DNA of 59,660 bases, filler included, from Porpidia crustulata (lineage: Eukaryota), in NCBI GenBank assembly GCA_964255105.1. It is 9 parts of 9 records of this genome, joined end to end, with 100 filler letters (N's around TTAATTAATTAA, not from the genome) between each part and the next. Parts side by side here need not be neighbours in the genome. Positions count along the whole stretch, not along the records: positions 46,510 to 53,036 come from CAXUWE010001516.1; positions 53,137 to 59,660 come from CAXUWE010001517.1; 7 more parts are not named here. One strand, written 5' to 3'. A model generated the notes under the pieces. That model had not been told where the DNA came from. It did not search any database and was given only the letters and a program-made list of their open reading frames with translations. Made by a program: the position numbers and the translations under genes. This document shows, piece by piece, positions 49,426 through 59,660 of the stretch (within the stretch, counting starts at the first letter, position 1; every line of letters starts with the position of its first letter).

Positions 49426-50029
49426 TATTAAATTTTGTCTTCACTAGAAAATTTATATGAAGTATGAGATTCAGGTTGCCGACAGCAACTAAGCGCTTGC
49501 CTACCTTATAGGGCTTGTTTGTTGACCAATCAGAAAGAAGGCTTCAAGAGTGGCCTTCGAAACTAAACCCTCACCAAAACATCACGTTCTTGTGTACCCA
49601 CACCAAGCCAGGTGGTCTGTTGATGTCGACTTGAGCAGGGCATAACTCTTTTTGATTTCCAAGGGAGTATCATTATGACTATTTCCCTGCGCTGAATCTA
49701 CTGCCTTTCGAAACGACTTTTCTTTGTCGAGAGCTTCAACGTTCACAACACATTCGGATTTAATGTGTATGACTTACGACACGACTAGACCTACTTGTAG
49801 AAGGTGCGCTCAGTCGGAGTATCCGAGAACACGAGAGTAATCTTTAACTTGGAAACGCAACTGCAAAATCCTTGACCAGAACTGGCCGTTTCGTCCAGAT
49901 GGTTGGCCCTGCAGAATCACTCTTAAAACCATCTTCGCTCACTTTAGGACTGTTACAACCTCCGAACCCCTTCTCCTCCTGCTAGCTACTGCCAAACTAC
50001 GTACTCAGTACCTACAACCTCAGTCAGCA

Positions 50030-52703
50030 ATGTCGCCTACCAACCCACATATCATTAGCCAGTTACGACAGCTCATCTATTATCACCTGGACTGTCACCT
50101 TCTACGGAACGCCCTGTTCTTAGCCGGCCGTCTGCAGGCCTACGAGCCAAGATCGACAGAAGCTACCTGCCTTCTCGCCTTGTGTCACCTACGATTAGGG
50201 CAATTGAAAGCTGCATATGATTCGAGTAGAGGTCCTGGGTCAAGGGGGACTCACCTGGGCTGCTCGTATGTCTTTGCGCAAGCATGTTTGGGTCTGGAAA
50301 AGTACACAGAGGGAATTGCTGCGATAGATCGGAGTAGAAATCTGTGGTCGTCGAGAAACAGCTGGAGTCAGTGAAGATCACACCTATGAGCCTGTTGGTT
50401 GAAAGCTGACTTTTGGACCTCAGACAAGCATACAGATAGTCGAAGACAGGCCTTGCCTGATGCTGCTGCCGTGCACTGCTTGCAAGGGAAATTATGGCAT
50501 GCTTATCGTGACACGAATAATGCAATAGCATGCTATGCCGCCGCGTTGAAACTCAATCCCTTCATGTGGGATGCTTTCCTCGGCCTTTGTGATCTAGGTG
50601 GGTGATCTTCAGATACTTGAAGGACTTCATACTGAAGAGGATAGGCGTGAATGTTCGGGTACCTAATATATTCAAGATGACCCCAGAAATGATGAACAAC
50701 CTTACATCGTCACCTGCAGAGGACCCATCCTTGGAATTAGGAGACGATCCGCCACCCTCAGGCTTATCACAGACGCAGGTCAACAGTCAAAATACTTCTC
50801 AAGTACCTTTAAGCACCGACCCCTTCAGCATATCAAAGAATCGGATAAATGGGGATGTGCGCTATAACAGTACAAACTCTGTTCTCTTCGAGAAACTGAA
50901 CGGTAGCAAGGTTACCATTACACCTATTGTTGTAGGAGATGGACTTGAATCTCAAGCGCTGGACACACCGACTGCCCCTGAACGAGATTCGGCCACGGAA
51001 ATTCTGCCGGGAAGGGAACCTAAGGGCACCACGGCGACGCCCATTTCCACAGAGCCGCCTTTGGCTCCAATGAGGAAAGCCCGGACATTGCAAGGTCTTG
51101 GAATGGACTTTAGCGTTGATGCGCCACCAAAGATGCGCTCCAACACAGTGAGATCAAAGTCTAGGGGCAAGAACGACTCTGAAGATACGGAAATGATTAC
51201 TACCGCCAGACCTGCGCTGAACACCGGCATTGGTGAGCGGAAGCGAACCATTTCTGGGCAAATTGCGCCATCTGCATCGACTAGTCTGAACGCAAACATT
51301 ACTGTAAATTCGAATGATCCGATGGCACCACAAAGGAGAAGCGTCCGGCTTTTCAACCAGATTAGACCTCAGAGTGGAAAGTTTGCTTCGTCGACCGGTA
51401 ACCTGGGTACGAAAGAGAGCAGAGAACTCAGAAAGGCCAAAACTACGGGCACCAAGGGACGAAATGCCAATGGCTTCACTGTTGGGCGTGTTGTGAGCGG
51501 TAATCGGAAGCATGGCGATCCTATGGAAATCGATTCCAAGGAACAACGAACTATCTCGAGTAGCCAGTCGAATATCCCTCCGATTAAGAAATACGAAGAT
51601 AGCGAGAAGGTGAAGGAGTTTCAAAGTCTCCAATGGCTTTTAGAGCTGTTTACGAAATTAGGCAGTGGCTACTTCTGTCTAAGCCACTATCAGTGTCAGG
51701 AAGCCTTACAGATCTTCAACTCGATAGCACCGGCTCAAAGAGAGACACCATGGGTTCTCGCCCAGATTGGTCGTGCGCTGTGCGAACAATCATCCTATCT
51801 CGAAGCTGAAAAGTGTTTCATCCGGCTAAGAATCATGGCGCCAGCCAGAATCGAGGACATGGAAGTCTACTCAACTGTCCTATGGCATCTGAAAAAGGAG
51901 GTCGATCTTGCATTTCTGGCTCACGAGTTGACCGACACGGACCGAGACTCGCCTCAGGCTTGGTGCGCTGTTGGTAATTCTTTTGCCATACAAAGAGACC
52001 ATGACCAAGCTCTCAAATGCTTCAAACGTGCCACCCAACTCGATCCGAAATTCGCCTACGCCTTTACGCTTCAAGGTCATGAGCATATCGCCAATGAAGA
52101 ATACGACAAAGCTATGGCCGCCTACCGAAGCTCCCTAGCAGCCGAAAGCCGCCACTACAACGCTTGGTACGGTATAGGCAAGGTCTTTGAGAAGCAAGGA
52201 AAGTACCAATTCGCAGAACAGCACTACCGCACCGCCGCAACCATCAACCCTACTAACGCCGTTATTGTATGCTACATCGGCGTCGTGCTTGAGAAGATGA
52301 AAAACCACAACGCAGCTCTAGCACAATATAACCGAAGCTGCGAGCTAGCGCCCAAAAGCGCCCTTGCCAGGTTCAAGAGAGCCAGGGTACTGCTGGCGAT
52401 GCGTGAGCCGGAACAGGCGCTGGAGGATCTGCGGGTGCTAAAGGACACTGCGCCGGATGACGCGAATGTGCACTTCTTACTCGCAAGGACGTACAAACAG
52501 TTGCAACAGAAGGGAAGTGCAATCAAGCATTTCACAACGGCGCTGAATCTAGACCCGAAGGTGTGTGCAGCCCTTTGTCGGGACACTACAATGTGGAAGA
52601 TTCTGGCTGACAGTTCGGGTAACAGGCATCGCAACTCATCAAGGAAGCGATGGAGGAGATGGAAGATAATTTCGACGACGATGACGCGCGCATGGGGTTC
52701 TAA
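50030..52703 (+). CDS. CDC27: Anaphase-promoting complex TPR subunit Apc3/Cdc27 (BimA/Nuc2); four exons
   Basis: QLRQLIYYHLD..NALFLAGRL; LKLNPFMWDAF; DMEVYSTVLWHL; SPQAWCAVGNSF; FAYAFTLQGHEH; RHYNAWYG; FTTALNLDPK|ASQLIKEAM. Confidence 0.95.
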
Positions 52704-53136
52704 TTCGCTTTTCGCACCGCCAAGGCTCTTTCTGAACGACAACACACATCCAACTTCCCGCTTTCTTCTTCCCTCTAATGATCCTCTCTCCTCCGCACTT
52801 TTTGAAGCATATACAGCAGCAGCACGGAACGTCGCTACGAGACCCAAAAGCACGGCTACTTTTAACGGCGAACGGTTCGGCATTTTTAACGCATCGAGCA
52901 TGGAAAATTAGGCGTTTTTCGGAGGCATTTTGGGTGAGCGCGTTTTTGTACAGTAAATTGGGGCCAGGCAGGAGTGGGGTTGAGAAAAGAATGAATGGGT
53001 TTTTGGAGAGTTGAATGGATGAATCAGAGGGGGGATNNNNNNNNNNNNNNNNNNNNNNNNNNNNNNNNNNNNNNNNNNNNTTAATTAATTAANNNNNNNN
53101 NNNNNNNNNNNNNNNNNNNNNNNNNNNNNNNNNNNN

Positions 53137-54671
53137 GACAAGAGGGACGAACCAGAATGCCCGTGCGTGGACCAGCCGATTTGGGCGCGGCGGCTGATGA
53201 TATCGGCGAAGATGTACGAGGCGGGCCAAGGGTCGGAGTGGTCGATGAGGCGGTTGACCTCGTCGTCAGTGGCGTCGTGCACGCCAAGGCCCTTTTCGAG
53301 AAGCTGCGCTCGGATCCAGAGGGCGAGGTGTTTTGTGTTAGCTGCGGTGCGGGGTTGAGCGGCGAGGTGGTCACGCAGCTGGTAGGCGAGATTTTCGGCG
53401 CTGTGCGTAGCGTTGAGGAGCATGTCGGGGAACCAGCGGTAAACAGGGTAACTGTCGTGGAGCTGCCGGGCAGCGGCGAGCCCGCCGGTTTCGTGATCGG
53501 AGGTGCTGATGGCGATGCCGGGGGTGGAGTCCTTACTGAGGAAGTCGAGGACGCTAGAGAAGGCTTGGTCGTAGGCGAGGACTTCGTGGACTTGGGCAAC
53601 GGGGTCGTTGCCATGGCCGGCGTGGTCGATGCGGGAGCCTTCGACCATGAGGAAGAATCCCTTATCGCTGTCTTTGGTCGCCTCACTCAAGGCGGTAAGG
53701 GCGGTTTGTGCCATTTCGTCGAGAGATGGGTAGGTGGATGACATTTGCCGCCGGTCGATTTCGTAAGGGATATCGGTAGATGCGAAAAGGCCCAGTAGGG
53801 GGAGATTGACTGAGCTACCCATGTTGAGCGAATCGAAGCTTGTGCGGTTGTCAATGTAGCTGAAGCCGTTCTGTTTCGCCATGGCCACGATATCCTTGTC
53901 GTCCTCCCGACATGAGCCATCTGTGCTCTTGGGGAGAAAATGACATCGTCCACCACCGAGCATCAAATCTACCACCTTTCCTAGTGGATAATTTCCAACC
54001 TCTTGTTCGGCGATCCTGTCCTCTTCTTCTCTTCTATTCACATGTGCTGCAAAACATGCAGGCGTAGCATCGGTGATTCGGGTTGTGACAACCAAACCAG
54101 TCATGTAGCCCGCCTTCTTCGCTGCCTCAAGGACTGTCCCGCATGGCGAATGATCAGGTAGGACAGATATAGCGCCGTTATAACTTTTAAAGCCGCAAGA
54201 GAAAGCCGTGGCTCCAGCTGCAGAGTCCGTAATTAAGCTCGACGTGCTTCTTGTTCTTGAAGACCCAATGAGATGTTTATCGAGCACCAATATATCACCA
54301 AAATCTAATCCAGCCTCCGCATGTCTAAAGCTCCTCGTCATCGATAGACTAGTGGGCCCCATTCCATCCGAGACCATAAATATCATATTCCTCTTTCCGC
54401 TGGGTTTGCCATCCTTTGACCCACTGCCCTTGTCGGTCGAATGAGATGTTTGTAAGTGCTGGTACATGACAGCAAATACGATGACCAAGGCAGTAGCGAT
54501 GAGAGCCCAGGCGAATACGCCAACTTCTCGCCAGAATTTCCAGCCATATCTGCTTTCCTGTTGTTTTTGGTGGCCTGTGAGTAGGGCGTCTTCCTCTTCA
54601 ACACGGTCGTCTGAGTTGTCGGACGATGCCCTGCTGTCTCGAGACAGCAACGGCTGCTCGCCTCTCGCCAT
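53137..54671 (-). CDS. PHO8: Vacuolar-type alkaline phosphatase with N-terminal TM anchor, 3'-partial
   Basis: IFMVSDGMG, ITDSAAGATAFSCG (phosphoserine site), RITDATPACF, FFLMVEGSRIDHAGH, TSDHETGG. Confidence 0.95.
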
Positions 54672-54865
54672 CGCCTTGAGCAATTCAGCAGTAATGGGCT
54701 GCTTATGTAGTAGGTGAAAGCGTCATTAAACCTCCGTTGTCGTACTCGACGTGATCATCGGACATGCTGAGTGACCTAGGATGCTACTTGGAGATAGGAC
54801 CGCTAGTTATATTTAGACTAGTGATGTCCCCGGAAACTGTTCGCCCAAAACAGCCTTCCCTAGAT

Positions 54866-54871
54866 CACGTT
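54866..54871. promoter_or_regulatory. Candidate Pho4/NUC-1/PalcA-type bHLH site (CACGTT) ~195 bp upstream of the PHO8 start
   Basis: CACGTK is the Pho4-family consensus and the position is plausible, but a 6-mer is weak evidence. Confidence 0.3.
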
Positions 54872-55030
54872 GAACAGCACTGGGATAGTAGTCCATTTTG
54901 AATTTGATCAGATATTGAGGTTGTACCTTGATAACTTCCTGCAAAACAATCTATGCATCAGAACCAAAAAAATCCTCCAATTTCCACCCGTGCTATACAT
55001 TCGCCATTGCCACCGACTTAGTAGCAGTAC

Positions 55031-55691
55031 CTAGTCAAAGGCCTGCATGGTTTCCATGCCCCTTATCTGGTCCCAAATAACATCCACAAGAATATCACCC
55101 AAGATCTTGTTGGTCTCTGGGGTAGTGCTGTAAATGAGTTCGACCACGGATATTGAGTTTTGCCAGTGGATCTGTGTAGGATCGCCATTATCCCAGTATA
55201 TGTAGTCCACGGCGCCGAGGAAAGAGTCCTTAAATTTTAGCGCTACGGTGGACTTAAGGCCTTCGACTCCATATTTGCCTCCGAGTAGGTACATTCGCGT
55301 GTGCGTGTCGGCTGCGATGATGAGGTTTTCCACCGTTGGCTCATCGTGGGCACTGGGGTAATTTAGGGTGTATAGATATTCGATTAAATTGTTGACCATC
55401 GCTGGATCGTCCTCAGGAAGATTTATCTGACCTAGTTCTGCTTCCTGGTATGAAGATTAGATTTGTCTCTGAACCATGATGCCGACCAATCTAAGTACCT
55501 TGAACCCTTCTTTGCAGCAAGCAGCGAAGAAGAAGGAACGCGGACTCACAATGGATCTGTGAACTTTCCAGCGCTTACCCTGACAGATTATGATCAAATC
55601 GGCGTAATCCTCCGATTTGAGTAGCCTAAGGACTTTTATCAGAAGCGTACTTGGTAGTTGTACATCCCTTGCGCAAAACATACCGACGCAT
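55031..55691 (-). CDS. BTB/POZ-domain protein, possibly truncated or degenerating; start uncertain
   Basis: LLKSEDYADLIIICQGKRWKVHRSIVSPRSFFFAACCKEGFK|EAELGQINLPEDDPAMVNNLIEYLYTLNY..MYLLGGKYGVEGLK. Confidence 0.78.
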
Positions 55692-56527
55692 TACCTTAAC
55701 GAGCCCTATTCGAGCATGGTCTGGCTCTATATGCTCTCCGGGAGGGGCTTCCCACGTAAATGTGGTTGCCCATTCGTTCACGTATTCTCTCGTCAGGCGG
55801 CATCCATACTCAAGGGATCGTGCTGAATTGAGACCTTGAGGGTACGATCTAGCTAATCAATGGGACGAATTCGTTTCTAGCTAGAAAAGCGGAGGCAGTG
55901 GAATGAGCTGAGTTCTAACTTTGGTAAAGTAAAAGAGAGACGGGTGGAAGAAATATGTAGCTATAGAGCACTCAATGGGCATGTCCCCAGGAAAGTATTG
56001 AATTCAGAATACCTTACTGGAGAAAGAAACACAGGAGACCAACTGACACCATTTCTGGCCTACCTAGTGGCGATTCATACATAAATTCGTCATGTATGTA
56101 TATATATATATATGGTAAGACTGATCATCAAGGGGCCCCCTCCTCGGACGTAGGGCAAAATTACTTCGTTCCTCACGGCGGTCCAGAAGCGGTGCAGATC
56201 AATGTTTCTTGGCACCTTGACAGTGAGCCCCCCGAGAGCACTGCTTGTGGTCCAGCAGTCCTCGATTAAGTCAGCGGACAGTCCATGTGATTTCGACAGT
56301 GGGGGAACTAGCTTCCCTTTTGTGCCTTACTGCAGTAAATGTCCATAGGACTTTTGAGGGGTGAGTACGATGGTAAGGGCCGAGAGTGTGCATCACCCAG
56401 CTCACTCGGCGCACTCGCTCAAGCAGCGGGCGCCCAAGCGAGCCCTCGTGCGATGTAGAGGGGCTGCGAATCTTGGTGTAGTGCACAATGGTGCCATGGA
56501 CTGCTAAGGACGTAGAACGCGCCCCCC

Positions 56528-56960
56528 AGCTAGAAGATCTCCCGACATAATGCCGACACCAGCCCAATGCCGAATTTTCCCAAATCTCTACTATCACCTA
56601 TCACTATACGTATTGCCACCCACGACGCTCGTACAAAGTGCTACGACCACCCCCGAGGGTATTGGTTTGTAGGGTCGGGGCAGAGCAAAACCTCCACATG
56701 CGGTGGGGCCGTAATCCCACTGTACCACTAAAAGGCGAAAAACCAAAGTCGACAGACTTGATCCCAATACTACTATATATGGTAGGTAGTGCATGCTCGT
56801 AACAGGAATCATTTATATACCTTCTAACTTCTACAATTTTAATTGAATGTTTTATAAATTAAAAAATAGTGGCTTGATAACTAAAAAAAGATAATCGGTA
56901 GAGCTTTAGAGGTTCGGCATTGGGCTGGTATCGGCATTATCCCCGGGAGATCTTCCAGCT
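56528..56960. mobile_element. ~433-bp foldback/MITE-like element with ~48-bp inverted arms
   Basis: 56528-56574 AGCTAGAAGATCTCCCGACATAATGCCGACACCAGCCCAATGCCGAA vs reverse complement of 56913-56960 AGCTGGAAGATCTCCCGGGGATAATGCCGATACCAGCCCAATGCCGAA; AT-rich interior; no TSD seen. Confidence 0.62.
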
Positions 56961-57193
56961 TCGCTAGAATTTCGACAGAATTTCGCTGACTAAGACGGTT
57001 CGACCAATTAGAGTGGCTCTACTCGTAATCCCAACAAATTCTATCTGGCAACTACATGAATTATTACACTGCCCTCTCGTAAACAGCGAGGCTTCCTCCA
57101 CCAAATCCACGTCAGCGTCGGCATCTGCATCCGCATCTGTTCTCTCCGATGTCACTGCTCATCGCAAAGTCGCCGGAAACGTGAGTCACAATT

Positions 57194-57791
57194 ATGACGC
57201 CACGTAGTCAATGTGTGCGCAAGCTGGCATCTGAGATCCTGCCCATCTTGTCATTACTTTCACTGGTCTTCATGTCCTGGAAAACACTCGCGCTGTTCGC
57301 CGATTCTCCAAAGCCTGTTATGGTTGTAATCTCTGAGTCTATGGCTCCTGCCTTCCATCGAGGTGATATTATACTTCTCTGGAACCGTACACCGATCATC
57401 AAAGTCGGGGATATACCCGTTGTTTGGTTCCCCGGCCGATCGACACCAATGGTTCATCGTGCTGTAAAACGCATTTTATGGCAGAGGGAAGCGGGTCGTA
57501 TAGGTCAGACATCGTCCTCTGCATGATCAATCTGGCACATTGCTGAGGGTTTTGCTCTGTAGGCAGGGAATCCTGACAAAGGGCGATAATAATGAGCTGG
57601 ACGACACTTTACTTTATCCTGCTGGACAGGACTTTGTCGATCGTGATGAAATTGTTGGTGTCGTCAAAGGCTATATTCCATTTTTTGGTTGGCCTTCAAT
57701 CGTCGTACATGAGTTTTCGGGGTCGAATTTGAGTACAGCTGGGCATACTTTCTACTCCTCTATACAAGATAAGATACGTATGCTTCAGTGA
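57194..57791 (+). CDS. SEC11: Sec11-like S26B signal peptidase catalytic subunit (divergent); two exons
   Basis: [25 protein letters not shown] (Ser), PMVHR (His), [12 protein letters not shown] (Asp), [14 protein letters not shown]. Confidence 0.8.
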
Positions 57792-58968
57792 AGACCAAGA
57801 CTGTAGTAGCTGGCAAAAGGGGTCTCCGTTATTGTTGTGTGTCTTTTCCTTAGTGCCCCTACTTTACCTTTCGTACATGTGCTCCGGTGGATCTTCTTTG
57901 ACGCCTGCAATGATTGTGTATTTCCGAACTAGGCGAGACGGATCATATGCCCCCTTCTCTAAGCTCTCATGCTAAAAATTCCGGCGGCCTGTAGATGACA
58001 AAACAACCCATTTAATCTAAGCTCCCCTAGCTTGTATGAAGGCGTACAAATTCAGGAGAAGTAAATGGCTAGACCGATGACTGCAGCGATAATCCCACCA
58101 ACGACGATTCCAATAAGAAATCTTATCAGCAGCCGACGACCGGCTCTAGCTCACATCAGTCAATAGCCGTCCTTGCCGAGGGAGGCGTATAATCAGATCA
58201 CCGTATGGGAGGCTTCAATTCTGTTTGAGAGCTTATCAAGCTCGCCTATTGAAATTCTTCAGTACGAGGGTTTATAGGTCGAAGGGGAAACCCTCCGTTC
58301 TCCACAGAGTCTGCTGGGTCCATCACGTTTAATTCGACCTGTAATTTACTTAAACAGAGGACAGAATAAGGTCTGTATATTGGGTAGATACTTACAGATT
58401 GATAGGTCGTTACCGAGCTCTGATCTTACTTATAGTATTTGGCGACTGCTATGAGGCCGCAGCAATAGATTGAGAATTTTACAGTATTTCTCTAACAAGA
58501 GCGATACCATCACACGTAGAAAGAGGGGTAGATATAGGTTTACAGGTATTCGATTTTTGGTGGGGGATTTAGCATACTTCCTTGCGACGCGGCTGACGGT
58601 TCATGCTGTTATTCGAATAGGCACATAATATATCATCGAATTTGGCGATTCTGGAGGATTCGGCCAACTGTCGGACCACGGAATTCTCTGCAATCGTGCG
58701 AACTCCTGTTTCATAACCTGTTGAGACATTAGCGTTTTGAAGCTTTGCCGCAATTCTTCCAACGTCGATCAAACCGACACTCCCAGCTCCATGTAAGACG
58801 CCTCTTCATGCACTGCACCATTCTCAGCTGCGCAACCATGCTCATAGCCCACTTGCCATTTGCGGCTGTAAGTCCGAGCTGTGCACCTTCAACAATGGTG
58901 CTGGTGAAGACCACTCCAATCTTCGCAGTAGAAAAAAAGTCTGCATTCTGCCTCTGCGCTCTTTCACC

Positions 58969-59660
58969 ATGGATTTACGCGCTGTTACTCTTTGGTCCAC
59001 GACGCCCATGGTCCCCATAGTCCCGATTTTATTTTTTTCAATTTCATCTACGTCAGCTTTGTAGCTCTCAATGCCTCCCAGGGCCAACGCAACTATCTTG
59101 CCCTTCCAATCGTGCTGTTTGCGGCGCTCTCTTTCCACCGCCTGAATGATATCCCCTCACAAAACGGCTTGAACAGTCTCTGGGGGCTTTTCATTATCGT
59201 CTACCTCGTGCACATCACAGCAATTCTCTTCATCGAGAAATGGGTTCTCAGGCCGCTGGATAACGTTGGCGGCGAATGCGACCTCTCCGATCTTCCCAGC
59301 TTCTTTCGCCAATGGAATGTCAAAGCAGCGTACAAAGCCTGGAGTAATCCTCGCTGGCTTCCTTCTACCTCGATCCTCTCCACCACAGACACCTTCAAGG
59401 CAATGCCGTATCACAACGAACGTCTACCCGATCATCACTTCAAACCCGAAGCGCGAACAATCATCATCTTTGTTCTCGTGCGCATCGCCAAGCCCTCCGC
59501 CTTCGCGCTGATCTACCACCTCGCCATCGCCCATCTATTCCCCGGCCACTTCCGCCCCATGAGCATCGGCGACTTCAGCCCGCAGCGCGAACACTACGTA
59601 TCCCGGCTCTTCTTCTCCTTCTTCTTTTCCCTATTGCCTTCCCCACCTCCACCCTTAGAC
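58969..59660 (+). CDS. Polytopic membrane protein resembling MBOAT-2/TRI7-like O-acyltransferases; 3'-partial, with an apparent 1-nt frameshift in the T7 run at 59032-59038
   Basis: Open frame FNFIYVSFVAL..SLWGLFIIVYLVHITAILFIEKW..KAAYKAWSNPRWL..DFSPQREHYVSRL runs to the window end; family assignment is from motif recall and the catalytic region lies outside the window. Confidence 0.55.

Noticed and set aside
52561..52911. C-terminal extension of CDC27 in the 769-aa ORF
   Set aside because: Read-through of an intron (GTGTGT..CTGAC..AACAG); the spliced end is ASQLIKEAM..MGF* at 52703
33147..53136. Apparent cell-cycle/nuclear gene cluster (apsA, CDC27, plus GCP3 and the CDK earlier)
   Set aside because: The genes lie on different contigs joined artificially by size order
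56090..56520. GC-rich block after a (TA)n run as a possible ncRNA or LINE 3' end
   Set aside because: No snRNA, RNase P/MRP, tRNA or reverse-transcriptase motif recognised; would need an Infernal or BLAST search
58569..59414. Minus-strand ORFs at the window end
   Set aside because: Antisense to the plus-strand membrane protein frame, with no motifs of their own

Overview
Fungal (Pezizomycotina; lichen-type affinity is only an inference) genomic DNA that is not one continuous locus. It is nine unrelated ~6.5-kb contigs sorted by decreasing length and joined by an artificial 100-nt spacer (44N-TTAATTAATTAA-44N), so gene neighbourhoods across spacers are meaningless. Most genes are intron-containing housekeeping genes: LAS17/WASP, CHS5, an MFS sugar transporter, BAT1, a fatty-acid-hydroxylase-family gene, SCY1, SPC98/GCP3, a CDK10-like kinase, a claudin-like protein, Pumilio/PUF3, an SDR, a GH18 chitinase, CWC24, apsA/NUM1, RIA1/EFL1, a dual-PH protein, CBR1, SND2, CDC27/bimA, PHO8, a BTB protein, a SEC11-like peptidase and an MBOAT-like protein. 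The observations most worth follow-up are: (1) an accessory contig (26609-33146) with a secreted two-repeat Cys protein whose intron positions are duplicated, a small TM+heptad orphan, a chitinase and CC/GG-depleted tracts; (2) two unannotated foldback/MITE elements, one carrying telomeric hexamers; (3) a recurrent C-rich to G-rich skew flip that coincides with contig breaks; (4) a CDK10-like kinase with a PITALRE helix; (5) apparent frameshifts in CWC24 and the MBOAT gene; (6) two GC-AG introns. I could not support any rRNA, tRNA or CRISPR array. No new biological system is proven; the candidates are hypotheses.
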